Virus record (IMG/VR): IMGVR_UViG_3300029305_002190
Location: 1 to 64,000 of that record
Direction: 5' to 3' (one strand)
Source: a virus
Taxonomy: Duplodnaviria; Caudoviricetes
DNA length: 64,000 bases
Made by a program: the position numbers and the translations under genes. Below the pieces are notes generated by a model, which searched no databases, was not told where the DNA came from, and saw only the letters and a program-made list of their open reading frames with translations. Of this stretch, positions 19,340-28,622 are shown piece by piece; position 1 is the stretch's first letter; each line of letters opens with the position of its first letter.

Positions 19340-19770
19340 TGAAATTATATACTTTATGTGGTCTTCCTGCTTCTGGTAAAACAACCCTTTCCACTCAACT
19401 CGCAAAAGAGCACAACGCAAAGCTCTACCATTATGACGAGTTCAAGAAAGGCTCAAAGCCGCAATACACAAAGGAGACCCATCAGCGCTTATATAAACAA
19501 ATAGCTCAAGACCTTTTACAAGGTTACGATGTAGTCTTAGATGACTTACATCTCGCTCTTGAATGGCGGCAAGACCTACTTACTGCCCTTCAAGACATAT
19601 CTTGCAAAAAAATATTAATCGTTATGACAACACCTCTTGAAGAGTGTGTTTGTCGTAACTCTCAAAGACAAGGGCAAGCTCGATTGCCCGATTTTGTAAT
19701 TTATCATTTAAATCAAAGATATCAACCGCCTTCGCTAGACGAAGGCTGGGATGATATCCAATACATTTAA
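19339..19770 (+). CDS. P-loop kinase (AAA_33 / polynucleotide-kinase-like)
   Basis: Walker A CGLPASGKTT, DVVLDD, lid PLEECV.RN..R, C-terminal P..DEGWD. Confidence 0.85.
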   Translation: MKLYTLCGLPASGKTTLSTQLAKEHNAKLYHYDEFKKGSKPQYTKETHQRLYKQIAQDLLQGYDVVLDDLHLALEWRQDLLTALQDISCKKILIVMTTPLEECVCRNSQRQGQARLPDFVIYHLNQRYQPPSLDEGWDDIQYI

Positions 19771-19784
19771 GAAGGAGTGATAAT

Positions 19785-22700
19785 GTGCAAAATTTTATGA
19801 AAACTATTATTTCCGCAGTTCAGACATGGACTAAAGGAAAGATTAAAGATAGTACTGCTGACTGGAATCAGAATGATTCTAGTGCGGATAATTATGTGAA
19901 GAATCGAACTCACTGGGATTCAAGAAAAACAGAGAAAATTAATATTACCTTTGATGGCACTTTAGATGGAAAAGAATATTTAGACCCTGATGGTAATGGC
20001 AGTTTCTATTTGGTTAAGGTATCAGATTTAACCCCATCAATTGAAGAAGTTACTGGTGGGGCATTTTCTGCTGTCGAAAACGGCGAAGTTGTTGAAACTT
20101 TGGAAATTACCGATGGTTTAATTCTTATAGAATCTGATACGTTATACAGTATTAGTAACGGCGGTATTAGTATTGCCTTGGAAGATACGGGTATGGGTAA
20201 CGGTTTAGTATTCACCAAAGGAACTTGGTTTTTTATGGAAATTACCCCCGAAGAATACTTTTATTATAGTGACTTATCTTATACCAAAGAGATCGGAGAA
20301 CTCAAGAAGCTTGATTCTAAGTATCTTGATATTCCAGAGAGTATTGCAACCACTGATGATGTTAAAAGTGTTTTGGATGTAGTGAATGAGGCTCGATCCA
20401 TAGCGGATACTGCTATGACTAATGCTGCTACCGCTCAAACTACTGCAGATAGTAAAATGAACACTGCCAATCCTGTGGGTTCTGGTAGCTTTAGTATGAA
20501 TAGAAAGAGTGGTACGACTGTCGGTGGCAACTCTCACACAGAGGGTTATAATACCACAGCTTCAAAGTTGTACTCTCACGCAGAGGGCGATCAAACCACG
20601 GCTTCGGGCCAAAGCTCTCACGCAGAGGGCTATTGTACCACAGCTTCTGGTCATATGTCTCACGCAGAGGGTGATAGAACAACTGCGAGCGGAGATACGT
20701 CTCACGCAGAGGGTTATAGAACAAGCACGGATAATATCGAACCAACTGTTTATTCTTTAGCATTTGGCTATCAACACAACGGATGGTATGCTCACGCAGA
20801 GGGCGGCGGTACTGTTGCAAGAGGAGCTATGTCTCACGCAGAAGGTCATGGCACAAAAGCATATGGATATGTTTCTCACTCAGAAGGGCTTGGGGCAAGA
20901 GCTTCATCTGATTTCCAGCATGTTCAGGGTAAATATAATACTGAAGATTCTGAGGATAAATACACTCATATCGTAGGTAACGGTACCGCAGATGATGCTC
21001 GTTCCAATGCTCATACCATCGACTGGAATGGTGTAGGTTGGTTCCAAGGTGGTCTGCAGGTTGGCGGTAACGCCCAAGACGACGGTGCTAAGAATGTTCT
21101 GCTAGAAGGCGACGCTATTCCGGTTCCATCAACCGCTACAGTCGGTCAAACCGTCGCAGTTAAAACTGTAGACGAAAACGGTAAACCTACTGAATGGGAA
21201 GTTGTAGATATGGCTAGTGCTGATCTAACTGGCTATGCTACTGAAGACTGGGTAGATGCAAATTATCAGCCAAAGGGAGAGTATTTGACAGAACATCAAG
21301 ATATTAGCGGCAAACTGGATGCTTCCGAACTGCCCACAGCAATTAATACCGCACTGGCACAGGCAAAGGAAAGCGGTGAATTTGATGGTGAGGATGGTGT
21401 TGACGGCTACACTCCTGTCAAAGGCGTAGACTACTTCGACGGCAATGACGGATTACCCGGATATACACCTGTAAAGGGTGTGGACTATTACACCGAAGCA
21501 GAGCAGGCAGAGTGGGAAGCCTACATTGCCACGGAGCTGGCAAAGCGTGGGCAGATTAAACCCGAATATGCAAACAACATCGAGGAATGTACCGATACCA
21601 CAAAATTGTACGTCCTGCCTGATGGCTATATTTATGCCTATATTTACAGGGAAAATTCCGGGCCTGCATACACCAATCTGGCTGACCCCACCAGTGCAGA
21701 CTGGCTCACAAACAAGCGTTTTTCCACATCTTCTATCAGTGATTTCACAGGTGCATACATCACAAACTATATTCCCTGTAAACCCGGTGACACTATCCGC
21801 ATGAAGGGTGTGGATTTGGAAACGGCAATAAACTCAACCCCAAGAACCAGAATGTATCTGGACGGTCAGTCTGTGGGAATTGCTGACTACTATGTGAAAT
21901 CGTTAATAACTGCTGGATATGGCTCTTTTGACAGTGTGACTGGAATCACCACTTTCCAGTTGTTGAATGTAAGCCAGACTGATGGTTCCGCAGATGGAAG
22001 CGAAATTACAGATTATACATTTAACTCCATCCGTCAGAACTTTAGACTTCTCAGTGGTTATACCGTCAACAATGTTATCATCACCGTCAATGAGGAAATA
22101 GCAGAGGGCAGTGTATCAGGATACCGATGGGCAAACACCGGACATGCCTTTGTTCCTGCTGACTATGAGGACAGAATTGTTGATCTGGAAAAGGATGTGG
22201 CTGATAACACATCCAGAATCAACGTTCTCGAAACGAGTGCAGATATGGGAGCAAGCGTTCCCACCTACTGGGCAGCCCATTTGCAGGAAAAAGCGGAAGC
22301 GATTCAACTGGCTATGGAAACCTCCGGAAGGAATAAATCTGCTTTCCTGTGGTATACGGACGCTCACTGGGCAAATGGAAACAGTAAAATGTCCCCTGCT
22401 CTGCTGAACTATCTGTACCGAAATACCGCTATGAATAAGGTCAATTTCGGTGGTGATGTCGTAGGTGACCCGGCAGAAAATACCCATGATGCAATTTCCT
22501 ATGTGTATGAGTGGCGAAGAATGATTAAGGACTTGCCCAACCATCACAGTGTCATTGGCAACCATGACAACTTCCATAAGGGAAGCGCAGACAGCGAATA
22601 TCAAAGCATGGTTTATTCCTTCCTGCTGGCACCAGAGGAAACTGACAACATGGTGGGCGATGGGCTTTTCTATTACTACATCGATTCTCCCCGTGAGAAA

Positions 22701-23225
22701 ACCAGGTATCTGTATCTGGACAGCGGCAGATATTCCTTAAGTGACGAGGAAACCACATTCATCATCAATGCACTGAAGGATACCCCGGCAGGGTGGCATA
22801 TCGTGGTATTTAGTCACATCTGGTTCCAGTATGAAAACGCATCGACACCTACCACCGGAACTGTGAATGCTTATATGCAGAAAGCTCTGAATCTGTTCGA
22901 TGCCTATAACGGCAGACAGAGCGGCAGCATCACCATGGTCAGCACAGCGCAGTCCTATGACTTCACGAACTGTGGCGGCAAGGTGGAATTCTGCATGGGT
23001 GGTCATATCCATGTTGACCATGAGCTTTATTCCACGGAAGGTATTCCTGTTATTCTCACTGCGTCCGATGTAAACCAGGAACGAAGTTCAGATGAGACAG
23101 AGGATAGTGGTGCAATCGGCACTATCACGGAGTCGGCAGTGTTCGGCATTATTGCCGACTATAACACCAACAAAATCACAGTGGTTGGAGTTGGTAGAGG
23201 AACTGACCGAGTGATTTCGTACTAA
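19785..23225 (+). CDS. Fibre/spike with SHAEG repeats and C-terminal calcineurin-like metallophosphoesterase
   Basis: 14-aa SHAEG repeats; collagen-like GxDG/GYTPVKGVDY segments; phosphoesterase motifs TDAH, GGD, GNHD, SH, GHIH. Confidence 0.8.
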   Translation: MQNFMKTIISAVQTWTKGKIKDSTADWNQNDSSADNYVKNRTHWDSRKTEKINITFDGTLDGKEYLDPDGNGSFYLVKVSDLTPSIEEVTGGAFSAVENGEVVETLEITDGLILIESDTLYSISNGGISIALEDTGMGNGLVFTKGTWFFMEITPEEYFYYSDLSYTKEIGELKKLDSKYLDIPESIATTDDVKSVLDVVNEARSIADTAMTNAATAQTTADSKMNTANPVGSGSFSMNRKSGTTVGGNSHTEGYNTTASKLYSHAEGDQTTASGQSSHAEGYCTTASGHMSHAEGDRTTASGDTSHAEGYRTSTDNIEPTVYSLAFGYQHNGWYAHAEGGGTVARGAMSHAEGHGTKAYGYVSHSEGLGARASSDFQHVQGKYNTEDSEDKYTHIVGNGTADDARSNAHTIDWNGVGWFQGGLQVGGNAQDDGAKNVLLEGDAIPVPSTATVGQTVAVKTVDENGKPTEWEVVDMASADLTGYATEDWVDANYQPKGEYLTEHQDISGKLDASELPTAINTALAQAKESGEFDGEDGVDGYTPVKGVDYFDGNDGLPGYTPVKGVDYYTEAEQAEWEAYIATELAKRGQIKPEYANNIEECTDTTKLYVLPDGYIYAYIYRENSGPAYTNLADPTSADWLTNKRFSTSSISDFTGAYITNYIPCKPGDTIRMKGVDLETAINSTPRTRMYLDGQSVGIADYYVKSLITAGYGSFDSVTGITTFQLLNVSQTDGSADGSEITDYTFNSIRQNFRLLSGYTVNNVIITVNEEIAEGSVSGYRWANTGHAFVPADYEDRIVDLEKDVADNTSRINVLETSADMGASVPTYWAAHLQEKAEAIQLAMETSGRNKSAFLWYTDAHWANGNSKMSPALLNYLYRNTAMNKVNFGGDVVGDPAENTHDAISYVYEWRRMIKDLPNHHSVIGNHDNFHKGSADSEYQSMVYSFLLAPEETDNMVGDGLFYYYIDSPREKTRYLYLDSGRYSLSDEETTFIINALKDTPAGWHIVVFSHIWFQYENASTPTTGTVNAYMQKALNLFDAYNGRQSGSITMVSTAQSYDFTNCGGKVEFCMGGHIHVDHELYSTEGIPVILTASDVNQERSSDETEDSGAIGTITESAVFGIIADYNTNKITVVGVGRGTDRVISY
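20532..20888 (+). repeat. 42-bp SHAEG coding repeats (8 units)
   Basis: (t/g)ctcacNcaga(g/a)gg at 20532, 20574, 20616, 20658, 20700, 20790, 20832, 20874. Confidence 0.85.
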
Positions 23226-23250
23226 TCAGCATTCTGAAGATAATTCAAAC

Positions 23251-23282
23251 TAAAGCACCATCCTTTACTGGGTGGTGCTTTA
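23251..23282 (+). terminator. Probable terminator hairpin
   Basis: taaagcacca…tggtgcttta inverted repeat after the stop codon. Confidence 0.55.
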
Positions 23283-23318
23283 ACAATTAAATACATTCAA
23301 TCAAAGGAGGTAAAATAC

Positions 23319-23726
23319 ATGGCAAACTCTTCAATTTATGCCGTATTCGAAAGAATGTGGCAGCATGTTCTTGCAAGATGTAATGATTACGTCCAAAATG
23401 AAGTTTTTGATGATCATATTGAAAACCAAAATAATCCTCATAATGTTACTAAAGAAAATGTTGGTCTAGAGAATGTCGATAATACTTCTGATTTAAATAA
23501 ACCAATTAGTAATGCCGTACAAGCAGCTTTAGATAGCCATACTTTCAATATGGAAAACCCTCATGGTGTCACTGCTGAACAAGTTGGAGCTCTACCGATT
23601 ACTGGAGGTATTATGGGTGATGCACTTACATTACATGGCATTATCTTAACAGAGGGAATTGATTATGGCTCTGGTGATCCAGGAAGTGGAGTTTTGGGCC
23701 AGTTGTACTTTAAGAAGGTGACATAA
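23319..23726 (+). CDS. Small fibre module protein
   Basis: NPHNVTKENVGLENVDNTSDLNKPISNA module shared with 14108; NPHGVTAEQVGALP. Confidence 0.65.
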   Translation: MANSSIYAVFERMWQHVLARCNDYVQNEVFDDHIENQNNPHNVTKENVGLENVDNTSDLNKPISNAVQAALDSHTFNMENPHGVTAEQVGALPITGGIMGDALTLHGIILTEGIDYGSGDPGSGVLGQLYFKKVT

Positions 23727-24988
23727 TGGCAACGGTAAATCTTCTTAATAGTGGATGGAGCACAAGTCGAGAAACATCGACAATTAATATTACTGCAAAT
23801 AGTACGTCTGTTCACTTTAATATGGGATATAAATTAACAGATGAAATGGCCAATGCAAAGGCATATATTGCAATTGATGCAAGCAAGTATAAATCTGTTA
23901 CTTTAAAATATAGTAGTAAATCCGGAGAGGGTATTAGTAGTTTAGATTTTGGTATTTATGATAATACGACTGCTGGTAATACTTCAGGAAAGATTGGAAT
24001 TGCTTCGGATGCTTGGAATGCATCTGGTGGAAGTGTTACTATTGATGTTTCCAGTTTGACAGGTACTAAATATGTTGGATTTCATTTTTATGGAAATACT
24101 TATACATTAAATCAATACGTAGGATGGAGTGTTCAACAAAAAGTTACTATAACATCTCTAACTGCCGTTGAAAGAGGTTATACTCTAACCTATAATGCAA
24201 ATGGTGGTTCTGGAGAACCAAGTTCTGTGAGTAATATTACGTCTACGACCATATCAAGTACAATTCCTACTAGAACTGGTTATGATTTTTTAGGTTGGAG
24301 CACATCATCATCCGCAACAAGTGCAAGTTATGTCTCTGGCAATTTAATATCATTAAGCTCAAACGTTACATTATATGCTGTTTGGAAAAAGAAAACCTAT
24401 GCAGTTACATATAATGCAAATGGAGGTAGTGGCGCACCAAATAGCCAGACCAAAACCTATGGTGCTGCTTTGACACTAAGTACCACAAAACCAACGAAAG
24501 CTTCGACTTCTGCAGGTAGTTACACAGTAACGCTGAATGTCAATGGTGGTACCTGTTCTTCGGAGTCTCTGTCTGCGGCACGAACCACCAAGTATACTTT
24601 CAGCAAGTGGAATACCAACTCAAGTGGTACTGGAACAAGTTATGACTCCGGTGCTTCCTACACCACAAACGCAGCATTGTCACTGTATGCAATTTACACC
24701 AGTAGTACAAGTACGGCAGCTGTAACATTGCCAACACCAACACGAGATGGATTTAAGTTTATGGGCTGGGCAACCAGCAGTACAGCAACCTCTGGCACGA
24801 CTGGCAGTTATACACCTACGGGTAATGTGACACTATATGCTATTTGGAAGTCTATGGGACTTGTATATATTTATGATGGCGCTGGTGGATTTAATCCATA
24901 TAAAGTGTTAATTTATGATGGTTCTGGATGGAATCAATATATACCTTATATTTATACTGAGGCTGGTTGGGAAGTATATTCTGGATAA
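23726..24988 (+). CDS. Protein with InlB B-repeat (Listeria-Bacteroides repeat)-like domains
   Basis: Repeated Y.LTYNANGG…PTR.GY.F.GW…LYA.W units. Confidence 0.75.
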   Translation: MATVNLLNSGWSTSRETSTINITANSTSVHFNMGYKLTDEMANAKAYIAIDASKYKSVTLKYSSKSGEGISSLDFGIYDNTTAGNTSGKIGIASDAWNASGGSVTIDVSSLTGTKYVGFHFYGNTYTLNQYVGWSVQQKVTITSLTAVERGYTLTYNANGGSGEPSSVSNITSTTISSTIPTRTGYDFLGWSTSSSATSASYVSGNLISLSSNVTLYAVWKKKTYAVTYNANGGSGAPNSQTKTYGAALTLSTTKPTKASTSAGSYTVTLNVNGGTCSSESLSAARTTKYTFSKWNTNSSGTGTSYDSGASYTTNAALSLYAIYTSSTSTAAVTLPTPTRDGFKFMGWATSSTATSGTTGSYTPTGNVTLYAIWKSMGLVYIYDGAGGFNPYKVLIYDGSGWNQYIPYIYTEAGWEVYSG

Positions 24989-25000
24989 GGAGTTGATATT

Positions 25001-25633
25001 ATGACTGTTAAGCAACAACAACTACTATTATCTTTTTTTGACCCTGCTTATTATACTGGAAAAATAGATGGAATTACTGGTCCACAAACACAGGATGCAA
25101 TTCGTAGGTTTCAGAGAGATTATGGTCTTCGTGCTGATGGTATTTTCGGGGCGTTAACTGAAGCAAAGATTCGTTTTGTAATTGGAAATCCTGCAATGGA
25201 AAAGAAACAGGAGAATACTACTGTTATGAATAAACCAGTTGTAAACAAGCCTGCCACTGGGGATGTTTTTTGGGATGGAATTAAATATTTTAAACCAGAA
25301 GAATTTCAATGCAAATGTGGCTGTAAAACAAATGGTATAGACCATGAGTTGGTAGAAATTCTTGAGAAGGTTCGTGAACATTTTGGTAAACCTGTGAGAA
25401 TAAATAGCGGCGTTAGATGCAAAACCCATAATGCACGGGTTGGTGGAGCCGCAAATAGCCAACATCTTGATATATATGCTAAAGCTGCTGATATTGGTAC
25501 TATTAGCGGAACAACTCCTCGTGCTATGGCAGCATATGTAGAGACTTTAATGCCTAATACTGGTGGTATTGGAATTTACTCATGGGGCATACATGTGGAC
25601 ACTCGTAAGACAAAAGCACGTTGGAATGGATGA
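25001..25633 (+). CDS. Endolysin: peptidoglycan-binding domain + peptidase M15 (Zn)
   Basis: [15 protein letters not shown]…GLRADGIFG; F.CKCGC…SGVRC..HN..VGGA.NSQH…AAD…IHVDTR. Confidence 0.85.
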   Translation: MTVKQQQLLLSFFDPAYYTGKIDGITGPQTQDAIRRFQRDYGLRADGIFGALTEAKIRFVIGNPAMEKKQENTTVMNKPVVNKPATGDVFWDGIKYFKPEEFQCKCGCKTNGIDHELVEILEKVREHFGKPVRINSGVRCKTHNARVGGAANSQHLDIYAKAADIGTISGTTPRAMAAYVETLMPNTGGIGIYSWGIHVDTRKTKARWNG

Positions 25634-25634
25634 T

Positions 25635-25661
25635 AGAGAGGGCTTCGGCTCTCTCTTATTT
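25635..25661 (+). terminator. Terminator-like hairpin with TTCG loop
   Basis: agagagggc-ttcg-gctctctct followed by tattt. Confidence 0.55.
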
Positions 25662-25691
25662 AATTTGTTTAAAAATAAAGGGGATGATAAC

Positions 25692-26597
25692 ATGACAAAT
25701 GAACAAAAAATTTGGGATTTTTTAAAATCTAAAGGATTAAATGATTATGCTTGTGCATCTTTAATGGGTAATTTACAGGCTGAATCTGGTTTAAATTCAT
25801 GCAATATGGAAAATTCGTATGAAAGAGAAAAAGGTTTTACTGATACGACATATGTTCAAGCTGTTGATAACGGCACATATACCAAGGAACAGTTTATTGA
25901 TGACCAAGTTGGATTTGGTATAGCTCAATGGACTTGGTGGTCAAGAAAAAAGGCACTGTATGAATATGCCAAATCTCAGAAGAAATCAATTGGCGACTTG
26001 ACTATGCAGTTAGAATTCTTGTATCAAGAATTGTCCACATCTTATAAGGGCGTGTTATCAACTCTGAAAAATGCGACTTCAATTTTGGAAGCTTCCAATG
26101 TGGTTCTTTTCAAGTTTGAAAATCCTTATGATAAAAGTGTTAGTGTACAGGATCGTCGTGCAAGTTTTGGACAAAAGTTTTATGATAAATATGCTGGCAA
26201 AAAAGTAGACCAGTCACAAGAAATTGTTCAAGCACCTACAACTGTTGACGTAACTTACACAGTTAAATCTGGTGACACTTTATCTGGCATTGCTTCCAAG
26301 TATAATACTACATATCAAAAGTTAGCTGAATATAATAATATTCCTAATCCCAGTATTATTTACGTTGGACAAAAGATTAGAATTCCATGGACACCTGCAG
26401 TCGGAGACATCGTCGTATATAACGGAACTGTTCATTATGTTAACGCCTATGCTGCTTCTGGTTATCCTTGTACTGGTGGAAAAGCGAAGATTACACAAAT
26501 CTATCAGTTAGGTAAATCAAAACATCCATATCATTTGGTTGGAATAGGTTGTGGTGTCCATGGATGGGTTGACGAAGGTACTTTTATAAAGGAATAA
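25692..26597 (+). CDS. Cell-wall hydrolase: phage tail-lysozyme-type domain + LysM + SH3-like domain
   Basis: IW.FL…[10 protein letters not shown]…GFGIAQWT…QLEFL…FE.P; [13 protein letters not shown]…P..IYVGQKI; C-terminal HPYHL…GWVD. ATG 25692 fits better than the listed 25563. Confidence 0.85.
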   Translation: MTNEQKIWDFLKSKGLNDYACASLMGNLQAESGLNSCNMENSYEREKGFTDTTYVQAVDNGTYTKEQFIDDQVGFGIAQWTWWSRKKALYEYAKSQKKSIGDLTMQLEFLYQELSTSYKGVLSTLKNATSILEASNVVLFKFENPYDKSVSVQDRRASFGQKFYDKYAGKKVDQSQEIVQAPTTVDVTYTVKSGDTLSGIASKYNTTYQKLAEYNNIPNPSIIYVGQKIRIPWTPAVGDIVVYNGTVHYVNAYAASGYPCTGGKAKITQIYQLGKSKHPYHLVGIGCGVHGWVDEGTFIKE

Positions 26598-26609
26598 CGG
26601 AGGCGTTTT

Positions 26610-26888
26610 ATGGCTAAGAAAAAGAGGAAAAAGAATATGGAATTTTCTAAAAAGATTATTATTGCAGTAGGAATTATTAATGTAATTGTTATTGGATTTT
26701 CTCTTGTTTTAATGTGGGAAACAAAAGATACTTCTCCACTTTGTTATCTAATACCATCTGTTGCTGCAGAAATGTCAACAGCAAGTGGGTTTTACTTCAA
26801 TAAGGCTAAAAAAGAAAATTCAATTAAGCTCGCAAAGAGTAATAATATTCCTATTAATGAAATGACAATTCAAAGTTTAATTCAATGA
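26610..26888 (+). CDS. Putative holin-like membrane protein
   Basis: EFSKKII, two hydrophobic segments, FYFNKAKKEN; adjacent to the lysins. Confidence 0.6.
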   Translation: MAKKKRKKNMEFSKKIIIAVGIINVIVIGFSLVLMWETKDTSPLCYLIPSVAAEMSTASGFYFNKAKKENSIKLAKSNNIPINEMTIQSLIQ

Positions 26889-26908
26889 ATTAAAAGGAGA
26901 AGATAAAT

Positions 26909-27250
26909 ATGGATATGGAAATGATGATGCAACTTTTTGCATATGCATTAGGCATTGTTTTAATGTCTGGTATTTTATATATCTGCAAACAATATTTAAT
27001 TCCTTGGTTCAAGGTAAAACTTGGCAATGAGCAGTATGATCTTTTAATCAAGAATTTAAAAGATTTAATTGTTGTTGCCGAGCAGCATTTTGGTCCAAAG
27101 ACTGGCCCTGAGAAAAAAGCTTGGGTAATTGAAGAACTAAAGAAGACCGGAATTGAATTTGACGAAAATTTTGTTAGCAATCTTATTGATGGCATGGTTT
27201 TTGTCCTTCAAGTAGATGGTCTAGTAAATACAAATAAAGAAAATGAGTAA
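26909..27250 (+). CDS. Holin (LL-H-like)
   Basis: One N-terminal TM segment, then AEQ…G.EKK.WV…LIDG.V. Confidence 0.7.
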   Translation: MDMEMMMQLFAYALGIVLMSGILYICKQYLIPWFKVKLGNEQYDLLIKNLKDLIVVAEQHFGPKTGPEKKAWVIEELKKTGIEFDENFVSNLIDGMVFVLQVDGLVNTNKENE

Positions 27251-27349
27251 GTAATACAGCTTACATATCGGAGTAGTTTTATGTAAGCTGGGGATGGTTG
27301 TGCGATTGCATGCCATCCCCAATTTTTTATCTTTTAAAAAGGAGCAATT

Positions 27350-27568
27350 ATGGAAAAAAAGTACGAATATGTAAAATCACTAAGGCTTGCAGGTTGGTTA
27401 ATGTTTAATGGATTCAGAATTTTGAGAATTAATCACAATCTTAAAGTTAAAGGAAAGGACGTTTATGTCTTTGAGCAATCTGAGAAATTGTCGGATTGCA
27501 TTTTTGATTATATAAATAAAAGAACTAAGGAGAATGATTATGATTTTAACAAAAGAAGTAGAAGTTAG
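27350..27568 (+). CDS. Small conserved phage protein (DUF5659-like)
   Basis: SLRLAGWLM..GF…VYVFE.S..L…I.DY; AAGGAG RBS. Confidence 0.65.
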   Translation: MEKKYEYVKSLRLAGWLMFNGFRILRINHNLKVKGKDVYVFEQSEKLSDCIFDYINKRTKENDYDFNKRSRS

Positions 27569-28598
27569 ATCTAATGGTAGTACAATTGAGTATTACGAGT
27601 CTCTTGGGTATGATTTACCAAAACGGAAAGCATCAATGTCCATATATCGACGTACTGGAAGAGAATTTGTGTACGATTTAGGAAAAACGTTTTTAGTTAA
27701 AGTTGAAGATTTGCCAACGCAAAGTGATATCACAATCTCTGCCGTATGTGATTATTGTAATGAGCCATATGAGGTTAAATATTACGCTTACTATAATAGC
27801 ACCAAAGGTCTCACTACAAAATGCGCTTGCAAAAATTGCGCATCTAAAAAACAGAGGGATATTATGTTGAGTACATATGGTGTTGCGAGCCCTTCTCAAT
27901 TGGATAGTGTTAAAGAAAAGAAAAAGCAAACGACACTTGAGCATTATGGTGTTGATAATCCGTCAAAAAGCAAAGATGTAAGAGACAAGGTCGAAAAAAC
28001 TATGATGGAAAGATATGGAGTTCCATCTCCTGCTCAAGTAAAAGAGTTTCAAGAGAAAAGAGCGGCGACTTGTATAGAACGTTTTGGAGTAGATTGCTCT
28101 TTGAAATCTACGGAAGTTAGAGAAAAAGCGGCGAAATCGCTGTATATCGCATCTTCTCAGAAGTGCTCTAAACAACAAATGTATTTGTTTAATTTATATA
28201 ATAATAAAGAAAATGTTGAAGTAAATTATCCTGTATTATATTATAATGTTGACCTTTGTTTTGTTAATAACAATATTGTGATGGAATACGACGGCAGTGG
28301 ACACGATTTAAGTGTTAAATTTGGGAATATAACACAAGATGAGTTTAAACACAAAGAAATGATTCGTAGCATAATTCTAAAAAGAGAAGGATATAAATTA
28401 ATTAAAATTATCTCCGCACAAGACAAACTACCATCAGACAAAATTCTATTTCAAATGTTAGAACAAGCAAAACAATATTTTTCCGACTATCCAAATCATT
28501 CTTGGATAGAGTTCAACATAGACACTTTTACTGTTCGTAGCGCCGAACATAAAGATGGTGTCTTTTTTGATTATGGAGAACTAAGAAAAATAAAATAA
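27534..28598 (+). CDS. Free-standing putative homing endonuclease (Vsr/DUF559-like nuclease domain)
   Basis: CDYC and C.C..C Zn motifs, four (Y/F)GV..PS-type repeats, C-terminal VDL…MEYDGSGH…R…L…GYKLIKI. Confidence 0.75.
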   Translation: MIMILTKEVEVRSNGSTIEYYESLGYDLPKRKASMSIYRRTGREFVYDLGKTFLVKVEDLPTQSDITISAVCDYCNEPYEVKYYAYYNSTKGLTTKCACKNCASKKQRDIMLSTYGVASPSQLDSVKEKKKQTTLEHYGVDNPSKSKDVRDKVEKTMMERYGVPSPAQVKEFQEKRAATCIERFGVDCSLKSTEVREKAAKSLYIASSQKCSKQQMYLFNLYNNKENVEVNYPVLYYNVDLCFVNNNIVMEYDGSGHDLSVKFGNITQDEFKHKEMIRSIILKREGYKLIKIISAQDKLPSDKILFQMLEQAKQYFSDYPNHSWIEFNIDTFTVRSAEHKDGVFFDYGELRKIK

Positions 28599-28622
28599 AA
28601 ATTAAAAAAGGAGGTATAATAA

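Noticed and set aside
20532-20888. Regularly spaced 14-bp repeats resembling a CRISPR array
   Set aside because: 42-bp in-frame period encoding SHAEG repeats inside a long ORF; repeats too short and no cas genes
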